Source: an uncultured Erysipelotrichaceae bacterium
GTDB taxonomy: Bacteria; Bacillota_I; Bacilli_A; Erysipelotrichales; Erysipelotrichaceae
DNA length: 8,223 bases
Assembly: GCA_964457525.1 (NCBI GenBank)
Contig: CAYWGS010000064.1
Location: 1-8,223 of the forward strand
Direction of reading: 5' to 3'
The notes under the pieces were generated by a model, which worked only from the letters and a program-made list of their open reading frames with translations, made no database searches and was not told the DNA's origin. A program made the translations under genes and the position numbers. Positions 4,694-8,223 of the stretch are shown here, piece after piece; positions within the stretch are counted from its first letter, which is position 1, and each line of letters begins with the position of its first letter.

Positions 4694-6853
4694 ATGAAAA
4701 GAAGTCGTAACATGCTTCTTTTTACTTTATTTTTAATTGGATCTGTATTAATTGTCATATCGATTAATATTTTTCTTGTGAGTATCGTTGGATATCATTT
4801 TAACAGTCAAACTGACCTAAAAGCGTATAGTTCAAATGTTAATACTGTTAATCAAACGCTTCAAGCTAAACGAGGTTTTATTTTAGATCGTAATGGAGAA
4901 ATAATAGCTCAAGACAATGAAACATATACAATTTATGCGATTGTAGATTCTTCGCGTCCCTCCTATAAAAATAAACCTGCATATGTTGTGGATAAGGATA
5001 CTACAGCCGAGACATTAGCTGTTTATTTAGATGCGCCGGTTGATTACATTAAAGAAAGATTATTGAGTGCATCCTATCAAACAGAGTTTGGTATTTATGG
5101 TAAATCTTTATCGCTTGTTCAAAAAGAAGAAATAGAAGCGCTAGAATTGCCTGGAATTGGTTTTTCTAAGACATTAAGTCGTTATTATCCACTCAATCAT
5201 TTTGCGTCCTACTTAATTGGTTTTGTTAATCAAGAGAACAATAAAACACAAGGAATGATGGGGATCGAAGGAAGTTATAATACCTTACTTGCTGGTAAAG
5301 ATGGTAGTAAAGTTGCGGTTGTAGACCGTTATGGTTATTCACTACCAGGTTATCCCGAAGAAGTAACACAACCACAGGATGGATATAATGTTGTTTTAAC
5401 TTTAGATCGAGCTATACAGGAACAACTCGAATCCTCATTTTTAATGACTAAAGATATCTATAATGCGTATGAAGTTTGGGGTGCTGTTATGGAAGTTAAG
5501 ACGGGTAAGATATTAGGTGTAGGTCAATATCCAAGTTTTGATCCAAATAAAAAAGATATTACAGAATATCAAAGTTACTTAACACAAAAAATCTATGAAC
5601 CAGGATCAACATTGAAAGCATTTACTTATGCGGCGGCGATTGATTCAGGTAATTATAATGGAAATGATACCTTTAATAGTAATACATTTATTGTGGGTTT
5701 AGATAAGAACGGGGATGCGATACGTTTATCAAGTAGTACTAAGAGTATCGGATCTATTCGAAATGCGAACAGTCGATCATGGGGTAATATCACATATGAT
5801 ATTGGTTTTGCTTATTCATCAAACGTAGGGATTGCGAGTTTATTGACTAATTATTTAGATGATGAAATCTTTATGGAATATCTTGTTCGATTTGGATTCA
5901 AGAATAAAGTTAATATTGAGAATATGAGTGAAACGATTGGTTCGATTAACTATACATGGCCACTTGATAAATTAACCGTAGGGTATGGTCAAGGTATTTC
6001 AGTGAATATGGCTCAAATATTACAGGCGTATACAGCAATCTTTAATGAGGGTACGATGGTAAAGCCTTATGTTGTCGAAAAAGTGGTAAATTCTAAAACG
6101 CAAGAGATTGTTGAGCAAAATGAAACAAGTATCATTGGACAAGCAATCAAACCTGAAACCGCAAAACATGTACAAGATTTAATGCGATTGGTTGTGGAAT
6201 ATGAAACGGGTACTGGACGTTTCTATAAAGTAGATGAAGTTGATATTTTGGCAAAAACAGGGACTGCTCAGTTGATTGTAGATAAAGAATATTCAAAGGA
6301 CCAATATATTTATTCTGTTGTGATTGGTTTGCCTGCAGATAATCCTGAAATTATGATTTATTATGCATTTAATGCGCCAGTGAATAATAATGCACATGTA
6401 GGGACAACTCCGATTAAGCAATTAATCCGTACAGTAGCTTTAGTCAATAACTATCGTAAACAAGTTGATAATCAAGAAAGTAATGTAGTGGTGACTGAGA
6501 TAAATGATTTTGAATTGAAGAACTATATCAATCACTCGTTAAATTATACATTAGATGATTTAAGAGTGCATACCAATCAAATTATTGTATTGGGTGATGG
6601 TAATTCTGTAATTAATCAGTATCCGAAATCCAATATGCGTATTATAAACAATCAACCAATATTCTTACTAACGGATACGAAGAATCTAAGAATGGTTGAT
6701 ATTATAGGTATGAATAAGAAGGATGTTTTATCCTTGTTTGAGTTAATGGATGTTAAGGTTGTATTAGTTGGAGAAGGCTTAGCTGTTTCGAGTAGTTTAG
6801 AGGTTGATCAAGAAATTCGTGGAGATGAGGTCATTGAAGTACATTTTGAATAG
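4694..6853 (+). CDS. pbpB: Class B penicillin-binding protein, division-type (PBP2B/PBP2x/FtsI-like) with two C-terminal PASTA domains, 719 aa
   Basis: It has an N-terminal TM anchor and the transpeptidase motifs SxxK = STLK (5606-5617, Ser305), SxN = SSN (5816-5824) and KTG = KTGT (6254-6265). The last ~125 aa form two PASTA-like repeats (...VLGDGNSVINQYP... and ...LVGEGLAVSSSLE...). A strong SD, GGAG, sits 6 nt upstream. The gene symbol is assigned by dcw position. Confidence 0.9.
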   Translation: MKRSRNMLLFTLFLIGSVLIVISINIFLVSIVGYHFNSQTDLKAYSSNVNTVNQTLQAKRGFILDRNGEIIAQDNETYTIYAIVDSSRPSYKNKPAYVVDKDTTAETLAVYLDAPVDYIKERLLSASYQTEFGIYGKSLSLVQKEEIEALELPGIGFSKTLSRYYPLNHFASYLIGFVNQENNKTQGMMGIEGSYNTLLAGKDGSKVAVVDRYGYSLPGYPEEVTQPQDGYNVVLTLDRAIQEQLESSFLMTKDIYNAYEVWGAVMEVKTGKILGVGQYPSFDPNKKDITEYQSYLTQKIYEPGSTLKAFTYAAAIDSGNYNGNDTFNSNTFIVGLDKNGDAIRLSSSTKSIGSIRNANSRSWGNITYDIGFAYSSNVGIASLLTNYLDDEIFMEYLVRFGFKNKVNIENMSETIGSINYTWPLDKLTVGYGQGISVNMAQILQAYTAIFNEGTMVKPYVVEKVVNSKTQEIVEQNETSIIGQAIKPETAKHVQDLMRLVVEYETGTGRFYKVDEVDILAKTGTAQLIVDKEYSKDQYIYSVVIGLPADNPEIMIYYAFNAPVNNNAHVGTTPIKQLIRTVALVNNYRKQVDNQESNVVVTEINDFELKNYINHSLNYTLDDLRVHTNQIIVLGDGNSVINQYPKSNMRIINNQPIFLLTDTKNLRMVDIIGMNKKDVLSLFELMDVKVVLVGEGLAVSSSLEVDQEIRGDEVIEVHFE

Positions 6854-6855
6854 TG

Positions 6856-6864
6856 TGTTATAAT
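6856..6864 (+). promoter_or_regulatory. Candidate internal extended -10 promoter (TGTTATAAT) upstream of mraY
   Basis: A TGnTATAAT pattern lies in the 34-nt PBP-mraY spacer. A weak -35, TTGAAG (6834-6839), sits at a 19-nt spacing. The SD AAGAGGG (6875-6881) and ATG 6888 follow. No terminator precedes it, so read-through from upstream is also expected. Confidence 0.35.
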
Positions 6865-6887
6865 GTTGTACGTTAAGAGGGAAATGT

Positions 6888-7847
6888 ATGCAAGTGTTAC
6901 TCGTCAGTGGATTAAGTTTTGTGCTAAGTTTAATCTTATACCCACTCTTTATCAAGTTTTTAAATAAAAAACAGCACCAACAAATTGTTAGTGAGTTTTC
7001 ATTGGATAGTTTTAAAGCGAAAGCAAAAACACCGAGTTTAGGCGGTGTTTTATTTGTGTTAATTCCTGTATTAAGTTTAATTGCGATTTATCCTAATAGC
7101 TTATTCAATACTCGAATTGTTTTAGTGTTATTAGTTTATGTAGCTTATGGATTAATTGGATTTATTGATGATTATAAGATTATCCTTGAGCGGAACAATA
7201 AAGGTTTAAGTGCTCGTACAAAGTTTATGATGCAACTGGTTTTAGCGATGATATTCTATTTTATTTTCAGACAAGAATTATCTTCGAGTATTGAAATACC
7301 ATTTACCGATTTTTCGATTAATTTAGGTTTGCTTTATGCTCCATTTGTATTGTTTCTATTTACTGGTTCCAGTAATGCGGTTAATTTAACCGATGGAATG
7401 GATGGTTTAGCGGGGGGAACTAGTCTAATTGCTTTGATTCCTTTTGCAATATTTGCGTATTTACAAAATGAGACATTTGTTTTTGCATTTATATGTGCTT
7501 TAATCGCATCACTTTTGGGATACTTGTGGTTTAACAAGCATCCAGCAAAGATTATTATGGGTGATACTGGTGCTTTAGCACTTGGGGCTGTGTTAGCTGC
7601 AATTGGACTTGTATTAAAACAAGAGTTTAGCTTTGTGTTTATCATGGCGGTATTTATCTATGAAACGCTTTGTGTCATGATTCAAATTGGATCTGTAAAA
7701 TTATTCAAAAAGCGTGTATTTAAATATACTCCAATTCATTATAGTTATACTTTGTCTGGATGGAAGGAAACGAATGTTGTTTATTTCTTCTGGTTCTTAG
7801 GCTTAGTTTCTATGATAATTGGTTTATGGATAGGAGTTAATCGATGA
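6888..7847 (+). CDS. mraY: Phospho-N-acetylmuramoyl-pentapeptide transferase MraY, 319 aa
   Basis: A polytopic membrane protein with MraY motifs: KTPSLGG (compare K-GTPTMGG), FIDDYKI (DD motif), NAVNLTDGMDGLAGG and HPAKIIMGDTGALALG. It sits between the division PBP and murD, with an ATGA overlap into murD. The HHH loop motif is atypical (see findings). Confidence 0.9.
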   Translation: MQVLLVSGLSFVLSLILYPLFIKFLNKKQHQQIVSEFSLDSFKAKAKTPSLGGVLFVLIPVLSLIAIYPNSLFNTRIVLVLLVYVAYGLIGFIDDYKIILERNNKGLSARTKFMMQLVLAMIFYFIFRQELSSSIEIPFTDFSINLGLLYAPFVLFLFTGSSNAVNLTDGMDGLAGGTSLIALIPFAIFAYLQNETFVFAFICALIASLLGYLWFNKHPAKIIMGDTGALALGAVLAAIGLVLKQEFSFVFIMAVFIYETLCVMIQIGSVKLFKKRVFKYTPIHYSYTLSGWKETNVVYFFWFLGLVSMIIGLWIGVNR

Positions 7848-8223
7848 AAGCACTTATTATTGGCGCAGCACGTAGTGGTATTGCAATAACAAAATTATTA
7901 GTTAAAGAAGGATATGAATGTATTCTTTTGGACCAAAAGTCGGTTGATAAAACTCAGTTTGATGCTCTCGATTCGATTCAGATTATTGAAGGACCTCATC
8001 CAATAAGTCTATGGAATGAACAATTTGATTTGATTATAAAGAATCCTGGTATTTCTCATAAGAATGAGTTTATACAGGGTTTTATCAAACAAGGATACTT
8101 TATCTATAACGAGATTGAAATAGCGTTACGTTATACATCTAAGTATCAAATTGCGGCTATAACTGGTACAAATGGTAAAACAACCACTACTTCAATGTTA
8201 GAGGCTATCTTAAAGTGTAAGAA
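7844..8223 (+). CDS. murD: UDP-N-acetylmuramoyl-L-alanine--D-glutamate ligase MurD, 5' fragment (126 codons, runs off the window)
   Basis: My own translation is MKALIIGAARSGIAITKLLVKEGYE...KNPGISHKNEF...IAAITGTNGKTTTTSMLEAILKCK. It contains a Rossmann-like GxxRSG N-terminus and the Mur-ligase P-loop GTNGKTTT. The ATG overlaps the mraY TGA (ATGA at 7844-7847). It is absent from the ORF track because it is open-ended. Confidence 0.88.
   Translation, partial: MKALIIGAARSGIAITKLLVKEGYECILLDQKSVDKTQFDALDSIQIIEGPHPISLWNEQFDLIIKNPGISHKNEFIQGFIKQGYFIYNEIEIALRYTSKYQIAAITGTNGKTTTTSMLEAILKCK

Noticed and set aside
4987-4995. A perfect DnaA-box 9-mer TGTGGATAA (plus an 8/9 TTATCCACT at 5185-5193) inside the PBP gene
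   Set aside because: It is an isolated box with no cluster and no AT-rich unwinding element, and it lies inside coding sequence (VVDKD). Roughly 0.1 perfect boxes are expected by chance in 8 kb of AT-rich DNA, so this is not evidence for an origin or a DnaA-regulated site.
7334-7645. 103-aa ORF on the minus strand inside mraY
   Set aside because: It is antisense to the most conserved part of mraY. The Ala/Pro/Asn-rich product is a typical shadow of a hydrophobic membrane CDS.
1-8223. Whole-window check for alternative genetic code (Mollicutes code 4), CRISPR arrays, IS/transposon ends, integrases, toxin-antitoxin or defence-type genes
   Set aside because: TGA terminates yceD and mraY, and full-length homologous proteins are obtained with the standard code. 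No repeat-spacer periodicity, terminal inverted repeats or recombinase-like ORFs were seen. Apart from the hydrolase, every substantial ORF is a recognisable housekeeping gene.

Overview
The window reads as a core housekeeping locus from a low-GC, cell-walled Bacillota (Firmicutes) chromosome. Standard genetic code: TGA ends yceD and mraY, and Trp is TGG. Gene order: tmcAL/ylbM (minus, 35-1165), then on the plus strand an alpha/beta hydrolase (1238-2149), a consensus sigma-A promoter, yceD/ylbN (2208-2732) and rpmF (2736-2894; 52 codons, absent from the ORF track). Two tandem intrinsic terminators follow. Next come a TATAAT box and four 10-bp-phased GTG[G/T] repeats (candidate MraZ operator). 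The 5' part of the dcw cluster follows: mraZ (3031-3462), rsmH (3464-4384), ftsL (4387-4692), a class B PBP with two PASTA domains (4694-6853), mraY (6888-7847) and the 5' end of murD (7844 to window end; also absent from the ORF track). Genes are tightly packed, with 1-4 nt gaps or an ATGA overlap. As I recall it, this matches the B. subtilis ylbM-ylbN-rpmF...mraZ-rsmH-ftsL-pbpB...mraY-murD region in compacted form. Three ORF-track starts (GTG 1208, 2199, 3010) look over-extended at the 5' end. I found no mobile element, CRISPR array, defence-type gene, rRNA/tRNA or long repeat, and I cannot support a claim that a novel system is encoded here. The points most worth a second look are small-scale: the phased MraZ operator overlapping the mis-called mraZ start; a MraY whose conserved HHH loop motif reads HYS; a tmcAL start with no Shine-Dalgarno but an extended -10 box 7 nt upstream (leaderless candidate); and a hydrolase gene sitting inside the otherwise conserved ylbM/ylbN divergent pair. 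All family calls come from motif and sequence recognition by eye; no database search was run.
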